Shown here: positions 7,338 to 16,829 of the stretch, piece after piece
How positions within the stretch are numbered: position 1 is the stretch's first letter
Layout of the letters: each line of letters begins with the position of its first letter
Virus record (IMG/VR): IMGVR_UViG_3300019890_000004
Span: 7,572-71,571 of that record
Length of the DNA stretch: 64,000 bases
Origin: a virus
Strand: one strand, 5' to 3'
Program-made: the position numbers and the translations under genes
The notes under the pieces: generated by a model
Seen by the model: only the letters and a program-made list of their open reading frames with translations
Told to the model about the DNA's origin: nothing
Databases searched by the model: none

Positions 7338-10300
7338 ATGAGCCTGCCCCCCGCGATCCAAGAGTTCGCCGTCAGCGCAGCCGCCTATCTCGCGGGCATC
7401 GACGAGATGATCGCCGCGACGGACCGGCTCGCCGCGGGCATTGACGCCGCCGTTGCCTCATCGGCCCGGATGAGCGCGGCGATGTCGTCGGCCGGCGCCG
7501 GGGTCACCGCCGCGGCGGATGAGGCCGCGGCGGCGGCGGACCGGAACGCCGAAGCCCAGGCGGCCATGTCGGACGCGGAGAAGGCCGCGGCCGGGGCGGC
7601 GACGTTCGAGGCGGAGCTGCTGGCCGACCTCGCGGCGAGCGAGAAGCTGCTGGCCGACTCGGCGAAGGTCGTCACCGACGCCCTTGCCGTCGAGGCGAAA
7701 GCGCTGAAGACCGTGGCCGACTCGGCCGCCGCAGCCGGGGATGCCGTGGCGGTGGCCGGGGACAAGTCCGAGGTCACGGCCGGGAAGATGGACGCGGCGA
7801 AGGGGAGTGCCGCCGGGTTCGGGTCCGTCATGAAGACGGCCCTGCTCGGGGTCGGCATCGCCATGGTGTACAGCATCGCCAAGGCGGCCGAGTACCAGTC
7901 GACGATGACCCGGCTGCTCACCCAGGCCGGCGTCGCGCCCAGCCAGTTCAAGGCACTCACGTCCGGGGTCCTCCAGCTCGCCGGGGCTGTCGGGTTCAGC
8001 CCGACGAGCCTCGGCGAGGCGCTCTACCACATCGAGTCCAGCTTCGCGTCAGTCGGCATCACCGGCCCGAAGGCCCTGTCCCTGCTGAAGATCGCCGCCG
8101 AGGGCGCCGCGGTGGGCCACGCGAACCTGACCGACGTCACCAACGCCCTGGACGCCACGATCGCCTCCGGGGTGCCGGGGATCACCAGCTACTCCCAGGC
8201 GATGGGCGTCCTGAACGCGATCGTCGGCGCCGGCGATATGACGATGCAGGACCTTGCCGACGCGATGGGCACCGGCCTGATGGCCGTCGCGAAGACCTAC
8301 GGGCAGTCGATCTACCAGGTCGGCGCCGCCATGGCGACCTTCGGCGACAACAACATCCGGGGTGCCGTCGCCGCGACCGACCTGCGGATGACGTGGCAGG
8401 CGATCCAGGCCCCGCTCAAGACCTCCGTGCCGCTTCTGGCCTCGATCGGGCTGCAGTACACGACGCTCGCCACGACGATGAAGCAGCACGGCCTGTCCGC
8501 CGGGATCGGCGAGTTCATCGCGCACATGCGGGCCAGCAAGGTGCCGGTAGCCGACTGGGGCCAGTACGTCACCGAGATCTTCGGCAAGAAGGCCGGCGTG
8601 GGCATCGGCGTGCTGATCAGCCAGTACAGCCGCCTCCAGTCGAAGTTCCCGGACCTGTCGAAGGGCGCGGACGGCTTCGGGACCGCCTGGGGCAAGACCC
8701 AGGCCACGATGGCGCAGCAGTGGGCCAGCCTGAAAAGCGGTGCCGACGCCCTCGCCGTCTCCTTCGGCACCATCCTCCTCCCGGCCGCGACGAAGATCGT
8801 CGGGGCACTGGCGAAGTTCGCGCAGGCACTGGAGCAGCACCCGGTGCTCGCCGCGTTCGCCGGGGCGCTCCTCGCCCTCGCCGCCGGGTTCAAGATCGCG
8901 GCCACGATGGAGGGGCTGTTCACCGCGGCCACCGAGATCGACCCCGTTTTCCTCATCCTCACCGCCGTCATCGCCCTGGCCGCCGGGTTCAAGATCGCGG
9001 CCACGATGGAGGGGCTGTTCACCGCGGCCACCGAGATCGACCCCGTTTTCCTCATCCTCACCGCCGTCATCGCCCTGGCCGCCGGCCTGTACGAGCTGTA
9101 CCGCCATTTCAAGATCGTCCGCGACATCGTGGCCGACGTCGGGAAGTTCTTCGCGGGTGCCTGGCGGCTGTCCATGGAGGCCGCGGGGGCGGTCATCAAG
9201 TGGTTCGTCTCGGGGCCGCTGGCGTTCATCAAGCAGCAGATCAAGGTCTTCTCCGACTGGTGGAAGCAGAACGGCGCCGAGGTCAGGCAGGTCGCATCCG
9301 AGGCCTGGCACGCCGTCTCGGCCGTGATCACGACAGCCTGGCGGCTGATCTGGGACGGGGAGATCCGGCCGGGCCTCGCGATCCTGAAGGCCGCCTGGAC
9401 TCTCGCCTGGGGCCTGATCCGGGACACGGCGCGCCTCGTCTGGGACACCATCGCCGCAGTAACACGGGTGCAGATCCGGGTAATCCTCGACGTCATAAGC
9501 GTCGTCCTTGACCTGCTGACCGGCAAGTGGGGCAAGGCCTGGTCCGACCTGAAAAAGCTCGCCTCCGACGCCCTCCACGGTGCCATCTCGATCATCACGA
9601 CGATCACGTCCGGGTTCGGCCGCCTGCTGTGGGACGCGGGCGTCAACCTCATAAAGGGCCTGATCGGCGGCATCAAGTCGATGGCCGGCGCCGCCGGGAA
9701 CGTCGTGGGCGACATCGGCCACGGGGTCGCCAGCGCGTTCAAGCTCGCGACGGGCATCGGCTCCCCGTCGAAGGTGTTCTACGCCCTGGGCGGGAACATC
9801 ACCACCGGGCTGGCGCTGGGCCTGCGGGAGACCGCCTCCCAGGTGTACGCGGAAGCGCAGGCCCTCGCGCAGAAGGTGACCGCCGCGTTCGGGGCCGGGC
9901 AGATCACCGGCAGCGAGGAGAGCAGCCTCCTCGCCCGCATCAGCAGCGACCTGTCCGCCCGGAACCTGTCCCTGGCGAAGATCGCCGCCAGCATCGATTA
10001 CGCGAAGCTCGGCGCGGACATCACCGCCCGCATCGGGGCAGGCATCACCGAGACGATGCCGCAGGCGCAGGCCGCCGCCCGCAAGCTCATGGCGGCAATC
10101 AAGGCGGAACTCGACCGCGGGCAGATCAGCACCGCCGACGCCGAGCGGCTCACGCTGAAAATCTCCGAGGACCTGAACTCCCGCCGCGAGAAGCTCGTCA
10201 AGACGATGACGGAGATCGGCCTCAAGATGAAGGCCGGGATGCTGGCCTCCCTTGAGAACGCCTCGTCGGCGTCCCAGGCGAAGGCCGCCGTTAACAAGCT

Positions 10301-11099
10301 CATCACCTACGTGCGGCAGGCGTGGGCGGCCGGGGACATCACCGCCTCGAAGGCGTCCGCCATGACGAAGTGGCTCGAGGCCGACAGCACCCGCCTGCAG
10401 GCTCTCGCCGCCAAGAGGCAGACGCTGCTCGCGACGATCAAGGCAGCCGACGCCTACGCCGCGACCACCACGTCGAACACCGAGTCGTGGGCGGGACTTT
10501 CCAGCGTCGCCTCCGCCACCACCTCCGGCGGCATGACGTACAGCGGGACCCTCCTCGCCGGGATGCAGGCCAACCTCGCGTCGATCCGCCAGTTCGGCGC
10601 CGCGGTCAAGAAGCTGGGGAAGCTGGGGCTCCGCCGCGATCTCATCAACCAGATCATCCAGATGGGGCCCGACCAGGGGCTCCAGGTCGCGCAGGCACTG
10701 ATCGACGGCCCCGCCTCCGTCATCCGCCAGATGGACGTCACCCAGGCGGCGATCATCGCCGGGAGCAACCGGCTCGGCCAGGCGGCGGCGAACGCGGTCT
10801 ATGACACCGGGAAGGCCGCGGGGAAAGGATTCCTGTCCGGCCTGCAAGCCCAGGAGCACCACATCACCGCGATGATGGACCGCGCCGCGGTGTCGATGGT
10901 GAAGACGATGCGCCGCGAGCTCGGCATGGGCGGCCACGGCGGCGGCGGAGGCATGATCGGGAACGTCACGGTGAACGTGCCCGGCGGTTTCGTCGGCACC
11001 AAGGCCGAGCTCGCACGGGAGATCCACGACGAGCTCCAGGCCCTGATCCTCCAGTACAACCGGCGCAACGGCAAGAACGGGCTGAGCCTGAGCATCTGA
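7338..11099 (+). CDS. tape measure protein
   Basis: 1253 aa, Ala-rich helical, periodic Trp region, GIGSPSKVF motif; follows the chaperones. Confidence 0.92.
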   Translation: MSLPPAIQEFAVSAAAYLAGIDEMIAATDRLAAGIDAAVASSARMSAAMSSAGAGVTAAADEAAAAADRNAEAQAAMSDAEKAAAGAATFEAELLADLAASEKLLADSAKVVTDALAVEAKALKTVADSAAAAGDAVAVAGDKSEVTAGKMDAAKGSAAGFGSVMKTALLGVGIAMVYSIAKAAEYQSTMTRLLTQAGVAPSQFKALTSGVLQLAGAVGFSPTSLGEALYHIESSFASVGITGPKALSLLKIAAEGAAVGHANLTDVTNALDATIASGVPGITSYSQAMGVLNAIVGAGDMTMQDLADAMGTGLMAVAKTYGQSIYQVGAAMATFGDNNIRGAVAATDLRMTWQAIQAPLKTSVPLLASIGLQYTTLATTMKQHGLSAGIGEFIAHMRASKVPVADWGQYVTEIFGKKAGVGIGVLISQYSRLQSKFPDLSKGADGFGTAWGKTQATMAQQWASLKSGADALAVSFGTILLPAATKIVGALAKFAQALEQHPVLAAFAGALLALAAGFKIAATMEGLFTAATEIDPVFLILTAVIALAAGFKIAATMEGLFTAATEIDPVFLILTAVIALAAGLYELYRHFKIVRDIVADVGKFFAGAWRLSMEAAGAVIKWFVSGPLAFIKQQIKVFSDWWKQNGAEVRQVASEAWHAVSAVITTAWRLIWDGEIRPGLAILKAAWTLAWGLIRDTARLVWDTIAAVTRVQIRVILDVISVVLDLLTGKWGKAWSDLKKLASDALHGAISIITTITSGFGRLLWDAGVNLIKGLIGGIKSMAGAAGNVVGDIGHGVASAFKLATGIGSPSKVFYALGGNITTGLALGLRETASQVYAEAQALAQKVTAAFGAGQITGSEESSLLARISSDLSARNLSLAKIAASIDYAKLGADITARIGAGITETMPQAQAAARKLMAAIKAELDRGQISTADAERLTLKISEDLNSRREKLVKTMTEIGLKMKAGMLASLENASSASQAKAAVNKLITYVRQAWAAGDITASKASAMTKWLEADSTRLQALAAKRQTLLATIKAADAYAATTTSNTESWAGLSSVASATTSGGMTYSGTLLAGMQANLASIRQFGAAVKKLGKLGLRRDLINQIIQMGPDQGLQVAQALIDGPASVIRQMDVTQAAIIAGSNRLGQAAANAVYDTGKAAGKGFLSGLQAQEHHITAMMDRAAVSMVKTMRRELGMGGHGGGGGMIGNVTVNVPGGFVGTKAELAREIHDELQALILQYNRRNGKNGLSLSI
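8880..9085 (+). repeat. exact 99-bp (33-aa) tandem duplication in tape measure
   Basis: AAGFKIAATMEGLFTAATEIDPVFLILTAVIAL twice; copies start at 8881 and 8980. Confidence 0.95.
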
Positions 11100-11158
11100 G
11101 CAGACGGCCCCTTCCCCCGCCCCGCACTGCCTGACAAGACCGGGGGGCGGGTACCCGC

Positions 11159-12742
11159 ATGAGCAAGATCACCGGCTACGCCACGATCGCCGTCCCCAAG
11201 CCGGCCGTGTGGATTCCGGTCACCGACCCGACCGACACGTCGATGGCCGGCACCGGCACGACGGAGAAGATAAGCGCGAGAGCCCTGCTGGCGGGCCTGG
11301 GCCCGACCGGCACCGACGACACGGCCAACATCCAGGGCATGCTGTCCCTGGCCGGCAAGTGCCTGCTGGGCGCGGGCGTGTTCCTCATCAGCCAGTCGCT
11401 GACGTTCAGCAGCAGCACGGGCCTGGCCGGCAACGGCCCCGGCATCACCACGGTCCGGGCCGCCAGCGGGTACGCGGCGGCCCAGGTCGGCTCGAACGCC
11501 GGCATGAACATGCTCATGACCACGGGCAACGGGTCGGTGCGCCAGTCCAGGATCACGGTAGCGGACCTGACGCTCGACATGAACGAGTCGGCCGCGGGGT
11601 TCCCGCTGCCCGGCTACGCCACCCAGGCCCTGTGCTCGCCGGCGTCCTTCTACGGGGTCGACGGCCTGACGATCCGCAACGTCGAGATCATCAACTCAGT
11701 CGGGTACGCGCAGTGGCTGAACAACTGCACCAGCGTGCGGGTGGAAGACTGCACGATCGTCACCGGCCAGGCGTCGCTGCACTCGTGGAACCAGCAGGAC
11801 GCCATCCACGTCAGCGACTGCACGGGCGTGATCATCGCGGGCTGCACCCTCACCACCGGCACCAGCGGCGGCGACGACGCGATCGCCATCCAGGGCATCA
11901 CCTCTGGATGCGCCGACGTGGCCGTCAAGGGCAACGTGATCCTGGCCGCCGGCGCGCACGGCATCAGCCTGAACCTGGGCGGGGCCTCGATCACCGGGGT
12001 CGCGATCAGCGGCAACACGATCAAGAACACCCAGAACGAGGCCATCTTCCTCGGCTTCCAGACATGGAACTCCTCCAGCATCACCGGTGACGTATCGATC
12101 ACCGGGAACGTGTGCCGGAACGTTGCCCTGGCCAACTCCTCCTCCGGGATCACGCTCCAGGACGCCACCAACGTGACCGGCGGCGGCCACACCGGGGCAA
12201 CCGGCTGGAAGGGCGTGGCCATCGAGGGCAACGTCTTCGAGGGCTTCGCCAACACCAGCGGATTCGGCCTCTACGCCATGACAGGCGACGGCCTGACCGT
12301 CGCCGGCAACACGTTCAGGAACTGGAACGCCGTCCGCGGCATCGTCATCGGCGACAACATCAGCTCGACGCCCATCACGGTGAAGAACTGCGAGGTCAGC
12401 GACAACATCGTCGACCTGTCCGCCGCCACCGCGGCCACCCCGTACGGGATCGCGGTCATCGACTCGCCCGACACCGTGGTCAGCGGCAACAAGGTGACCG
12501 GCCCCGGCGCCGCCGGCAACGGGATCTGGGTGCTCGCGATCGGCACCGCCGTGACCGGCACCGCCGTGACCGGGAACCGGGTCAAGGGCTGGGCGACGGC
12601 GATCCTGGAGGCGAACGGCGGCGCGGCCCCCGACTACAACTCGTTCGTGGGCAACAACTGCCATGGCTGCACCGCGTTCATCACCACCGTGGGCACGCAT
12701 GACGTCCCTGCAACGATGTCGTCCGTCAACGTGGTCGCCTGA
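11159..12742 (+). CDS. right-handed parallel beta-helix protein (tail spike/depolymerase-like)
   Basis: GTDDTANIQ motif and many ISGN/ITGN/VSGN rungs. Confidence 0.8.
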   Translation: MSKITGYATIAVPKPAVWIPVTDPTDTSMAGTGTTEKISARALLAGLGPTGTDDTANIQGMLSLAGKCLLGAGVFLISQSLTFSSSTGLAGNGPGITTVRAASGYAAAQVGSNAGMNMLMTTGNGSVRQSRITVADLTLDMNESAAGFPLPGYATQALCSPASFYGVDGLTIRNVEIINSVGYAQWLNNCTSVRVEDCTIVTGQASLHSWNQQDAIHVSDCTGVIIAGCTLTTGTSGGDDAIAIQGITSGCADVAVKGNVILAAGAHGISLNLGGASITGVAISGNTIKNTQNEAIFLGFQTWNSSSITGDVSITGNVCRNVALANSSSGITLQDATNVTGGGHTGATGWKGVAIEGNVFEGFANTSGFGLYAMTGDGLTVAGNTFRNWNAVRGIVIGDNISSTPITVKNCEVSDNIVDLSAATAATPYGIAVIDSPDTVVSGNKVTGPGAAGNGIWVLAIGTAVTGTAVTGNRVKGWATAILEANGGAAPDYNSFVGNNCHGCTAFITTVGTHDVPATMSSVNVVA

Positions 12743-12744
12743 CG

Positions 12745-15700
12745 ATGGCGGACATCCTCGACGAGGGCGGGGCACCGCTTCTCGACGAGGCCGGCCAGAA
12801 CATCTACGACGAGGCCGGGGCGCCGGCCGCCGTCACCGGCGCGTGGTCCGCGACGACGGCGCTCCCGTCCGGGTACGCGGTCCCGCCTCCCGCCGCCCAG
12901 TCCCTCCCCGTCCCCGTCGCGAACACGGGGCTCGGCGGGAACTGGCTGTTCGCCCTGTGCGCCTGGCGGACCCCGCCGGGGGTGCTGACCACCGTCGCGG
13001 TCGGCGATGACGCCCATAACGTGTCGCCCGGCGCGAACGTGTGGGAACCCCTCGGGCAGCCGAACGGCACGTCCCCGCTCGCCGGGAACACCGCGGCCAG
13101 CATCTGGTACTGCCGGAACGCGTTCCCCGCCCAGAACGTCTACGTCGCCCCGGACGGCCCGGTCACGGCGATGGCCGTGCAGGTCCTGGAAGTGCCAGGC
13201 CTCGGCCCGTGGGCGACCCTCGCCGCGCTGTCGACCGGGTACGCGGGCGCGGCGACCGCAGGACCCGCCGCGGCCCCTCCCGTGCCGCCTGCGCAGGCCC
13301 TGGTATTCACGGCCCTGGCCGGCGATAACGACACCGCCACGGTCACCGGGCCCGGCGCGGCCTGGACGGCCCTCAGTACCATCACGGCGACAAACGGGAC
13401 CGACCACGCCTCGGACTGCGTCCTCTCGTCCGCCTATCAGGTCACCTCGCTGGCCCCGGGCGCATCGTGGTCGGTGTCGGTGGCGCAGGACCTGGCCGAG
13501 GTGATCGCCGGGGTCCTGATCACCGGCACCGCCCCGGCGGCGCCGAACCAGAACTGGCCGTACATGCAGACCCTCGCCGGGTTCGGCAGCGGCGCCCAGA
13601 CCCCGTGGGACCAGGTCGCGTGGACCGACCTCACCGCCCGCCAGCTGTCCGGCAGCACGCAGCGCGGCAAGCAGTACGAACTGGACTCGATCCAGGCCGG
13701 CACCGTGAACCTGACGCTCGCGAACAACGACGGTGCGCTGACTGAGGGAAACGCGGCTTCCCCCTACTACCCGAACCTGAAGGTCTACACGCCGGCGAGG
13801 CGGCTCGCCACGTGGCCCCCGCCGCCGGCGCAGAACGCCCGCACCTACAGCGTGTGGCGCGGGTACATCGAGCGGTGGCCGCAGTCCCTCACCCCGGCCC
13901 GCTACCAGGTCACGAACTCGGTAGCCACCGACGTGTACTCGCTGCTGACCCCGCTGATGCGGACCCTGGCGCAGGCGGAGATCCTCGCCGACCAGCCCTA
14001 CGCTTACTGGCCGTGCAACGACCCGCAAGGGGCGCTGGCGGCGGCGAACCTGGCGAAGGGCAACAGCCAGCAGCTGCAGGCCGTGCAGTCCAAGTACGGG
14101 GCGGGCGGCGCCACGGCGGCGTTCGCCGTCGCGGTGCCCTACCTGGCGGGCGACCCGTCCGCGAGCGGGTGGCAGCAGGCGTCCGTGCCCGCCGCCGGCA
14201 CCCAGGGGTGGTGCCTGTACTACCAGGACACGGCCCTGCCGGCCCTGTCCGGCGGGATAACCGTCGAGGGCTGGTTCGCCCTGAACGCCAGCCAGCCGAC
14301 CGGGCTGAACCTCGTCCCGATGGTGGTGCGGAACGCGCAGGGACCGGTGCTGCAGGTCCGCGTCACCTCCGCGGGCCTGCTGACCCTGGACGTGTGGGAC
14401 AAGCTGACCCAGGTCCGCACCTCCACCACGATTTCCGCTGCCACGATGCTCGCCGGCGTCCCCGTCCACATTGCCGTCAGCTTCACCCAGACCGCATGGA
14501 CCCTCTACGTGAACGGGGGCGCGGTCCGCACCGCCACCGGGTCATGCGACCTCGCCAACAGCGGGTACTGGGTGTCGTTCTGCGGGTACGCCGACCGGCT
14601 CGGCGCCGCCGGGTTCGCCAACATCACCGCCGCCCACCTCGCGGTCTACGGCTACCTGCTGCCGCAGTCCCGCGTCATCTCCCACTACTACTCCGCGGTA
14701 GCGGGAATGACCGGGCAGGACACGTCCGGGCCCCGCATGGACCGGCTGCTCGGGGACGGGAACTGCGCGTTCCCGCGGATCATGCCGGCCGGGGCGAACC
14801 TGCTCACCGGGGCCGTCGACACCGGCGGGCAGGCCGTCAGCCAGAACGCGGTCAATGTCGCCGAGTCCGACAGCAGCTGGCTGATGACCGACTCCGCCGG
14901 GTACCTGTTCCTCCAGGCTCGCAGGGCCGGCTACGACCTGCCCGTGCTGTGGGCGTTCGGTGAACTCCAGGCCGCCGCGCTGAATGCCAACAGCCAGTTC
15001 ACCGTCACGTCCGCCCCGTGGACGGGTTTCGGCGGCGCCGCGGTCTCCTACAGCACCGCCTGGTCGCACGGGCTGTCCGGGGGGTCGCTGCTCATCACCC
15101 CGGACGGGGTCACCGCCAGCCCGTACGCGGCGTCGGAACGGGTGTCCGTCACCCCCGGCACCGCCTACTCGGCGCAGGCATGGCTGTACTCACCGCAGGG
15201 CTGGGCCGCGGTCCACGTGAACATTGACTGGGCCACCGCGGGCGGGGCCTACCTGTCCACCGCGGTCGGCGCCGCCGGGGTCCTCCCCGCCGGGGTGCCG
15301 CTCGAGGTGACCGTCGCCGGCCGTGCCCCGGCCGGCGCAGGGCTCGCGAACATATCGGTCGCCATGGACGGCACCCCGCCCTCCGCGGTGCTCTTGTACA
15401 CCGGGTTCGCGGCCCTGTACCCCCCCGGCGAGTACGCCTACCTCGGCGACGTCCAGACCGACTGCGACCCGTCGCAGCTCTACAACGACGTCACCCTGAG
15501 CCAGCTCGGGTCACCGCAGGCGTACCAGGCCGCCCTCACGGCCTCCTGCACCGCCGCGGCGGCGAGCATCACCGTCTCGCCCGCCACGGGAATCGTCACG
15601 GGCGGCGTGCTGCTCCTCGCCTCGGGGACCGCCAGCGGGGAACTCGTCACCGTCACCACCGTGTCCGGAACCACGATCGGGATCACGGCGACCGCCTACT

Positions 15701-16488
15701 CGCATGCCGCGAGCACGGCCGTGACGGTCGTGAACCAGCAGGCGTCCGGCGTCACCGTCACCGCTTCCTCTCCCGCCTCCATCGGCGCCTACGGCGACCA
15801 GACCCTCCAGCAGACCAGCTACCTGAACGACCCGGCGGCGATCGCCGACCAGGCCCAGTGGATCATGCAGACCACCGGCACCCCGGTCAACCGGATCTCC
15901 GTCCTCACCCTCGACCCGGCCGCGAACCCGGCACTGTGGCCGGTCGTGCTCGGCCTCGAAACCGGGCAGGTCGCGCAGGTCAACCGCAGGCTACAGGGCA
16001 CCCAGCTGGTGATCAGCGGCCTGTTCCAGGTCATGTCCGTCGCCCACTCCGAGGCGCCCGGCCAGTGGAAGACGAAGGTGGCGCTGGTCCCCTACCCGGG
16101 GCAGGTCCTCGCCCTCGACGACCCGGTACGCGGGATTCCCGCCGCCCCGAACGTGCTCGGGTTCTTATGCCGCTTTGGCCGACCGCTTGCGCGGGCGCGT
16201 GTTCGCGGCAGCTTTGGCATCCGGATTTCGCGCATACCATTCGGCAACGCGCTCCCTCCGGCATGTCCGGCACACGCGCTGCTTGCCGTTCCAGTAAGAG
16301 TTCTCCGGCGTGAACCCGTGACCGTTATCGCACGCCTCGCGACCCGACCAGTAGTTGGTGCCGTGCGCGACCGAGTCGTGAAGGTTCTCGCTGTAGGTGC
16401 CATAGGTCAGATTGGCAGCCGCATTGTTCCGGTGGTTGCCATCAAGGTGGCGGATGATCAGCGAGTCGGGCCTCGGCCCTATGAATGA
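12745..16488 (+). CDS. large minor tail protein with LamG-like and CBM-like domains; natural end probably near 16164
   Basis: AYWPCND, ITVEGWF, WTLYVNG motifs; last ~107 aa are antisense to the HNH gene. Confidence 0.75.
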   Translation: MADILDEGGAPLLDEAGQNIYDEAGAPAAVTGAWSATTALPSGYAVPPPAAQSLPVPVANTGLGGNWLFALCAWRTPPGVLTTVAVGDDAHNVSPGANVWEPLGQPNGTSPLAGNTAASIWYCRNAFPAQNVYVAPDGPVTAMAVQVLEVPGLGPWATLAALSTGYAGAATAGPAAAPPVPPAQALVFTALAGDNDTATVTGPGAAWTALSTITATNGTDHASDCVLSSAYQVTSLAPGASWSVSVAQDLAEVIAGVLITGTAPAAPNQNWPYMQTLAGFGSGAQTPWDQVAWTDLTARQLSGSTQRGKQYELDSIQAGTVNLTLANNDGALTEGNAASPYYPNLKVYTPARRLATWPPPPAQNARTYSVWRGYIERWPQSLTPARYQVTNSVATDVYSLLTPLMRTLAQAEILADQPYAYWPCNDPQGALAAANLAKGNSQQLQAVQSKYGAGGATAAFAVAVPYLAGDPSASGWQQASVPAAGTQGWCLYYQDTALPALSGGITVEGWFALNASQPTGLNLVPMVVRNAQGPVLQVRVTSAGLLTLDVWDKLTQVRTSTTISAATMLAGVPVHIAVSFTQTAWTLYVNGGAVRTATGSCDLANSGYWVSFCGYADRLGAAGFANITAAHLAVYGYLLPQSRVISHYYSAVAGMTGQDTSGPRMDRLLGDGNCAFPRIMPAGANLLTGAVDTGGQAVSQNAVNVAESDSSWLMTDSAGYLFLQARRAGYDLPVLWAFGELQAAALNANSQFTVTSAPWTGFGGAAVSYSTAWSHGLSGGSLLITPDGVTASPYAASERVSVTPGTAYSAQAWLYSPQGWAAVHVNIDWATAGGAYLSTAVGAAGVLPAGVPLEVTVAGRAPAGAGLANISVAMDGTPPSAVLLYTGFAALYPPGEYAYLGDVQTDCDPSQLYNDVTLSQLGSPQAYQAALTASCTAAAASITVSPATGIVTGGVLLLASGTASGELVTVTTVSGTTIGITATAYSHAASTAVTVVNQQASGVTVTASSPASIGAYGDQTLQQTSYLNDPAAIADQAQWIMQTTGTPVNRISVLTLDPAANPALWPVVLGLETGQVAQVNRRLQGTQLVISGLFQVMSVAHSEAPGQWKTKVALVPYPGQVLALDDPVRGIPAAPNVLGFLCRFGRPLARARVRGSFGIRISRIPFGNALPPACPAHALLAVPVRVLRREPVTVIARLATRPVVGAVRDRVVKVLAVGAIGQIGSRIVPVVAIKVADDQRVGPRPYE

Positions 16489-16701
16489 TTCAGCCACAAG
16501 ATGGTGGACATATCGCTTCTTATACTTGCCGCCCACGCACAGCATGACCATGAGATAGCCGGTCTTCTTGGCCGTTCCGCTCGTGCCGGGCTTCAGGATC
16601 ACCTGCTTGCGCAAGCTCCGGACCCTGCCGAGGTCTGAGACCTCGTAAAGGCCCTCGTACCCCTGCACCGGGAGCCACCGCTCAGCGGTAGCTTCATCCA
16701 T
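16165..16701 (-). CDS. NUMOD4-HNH homing endonuclease
   Basis: ERWLPVQGYEGLYEVSDLGRVRS (NUMOD4); RHLDGNHRNNAAANL (HNH); C-terminal Zn motif. Confidence 0.92.
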   Translation of the reverse strand: MDEATAERWLPVQGYEGLYEVSDLGRVRSLRKQVILKPGTSGTAKKTGYLMVMLCVGGKYKKRYVHHLVAESFIGPRPDSLIIRHLDGNHRNNAAANLTYGTYSENLHDSVAHGTNYWSGREACDNGHGFTPENSYWNGKQRVCRTCRRERVAEWYARNPDAKAAANTRPRKRSAKAA

Positions 16702-16779
16702 GTCGATCATCCTCTGGTAGATCGGCCGTGCCCCGGGGCGGTGCCAGCCGTCGCCGGGGTCTTTTATCTGAACATTTTA
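16699..16779 (-). promoter_or_regulatory. promoter (-10 TAAAAT) and two-hairpin leader of the HNH gene
   Basis: atttta at 16774-16779; matches 6049-6133. Confidence 0.7.
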
Positions 16780-16829
16780 TCGCTAAACCGGCCTCCTCCT
16801 TGCTAAACAGAGGAATTGGGAGGCGGCCG

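Noticed and set aside
8049-11027. Long antisense ORFs (also 31931-35125, 12634-14469, 35574-37253)
   Set aside because: Expected shadows of high-GC3 genes; no motifs or RBS.
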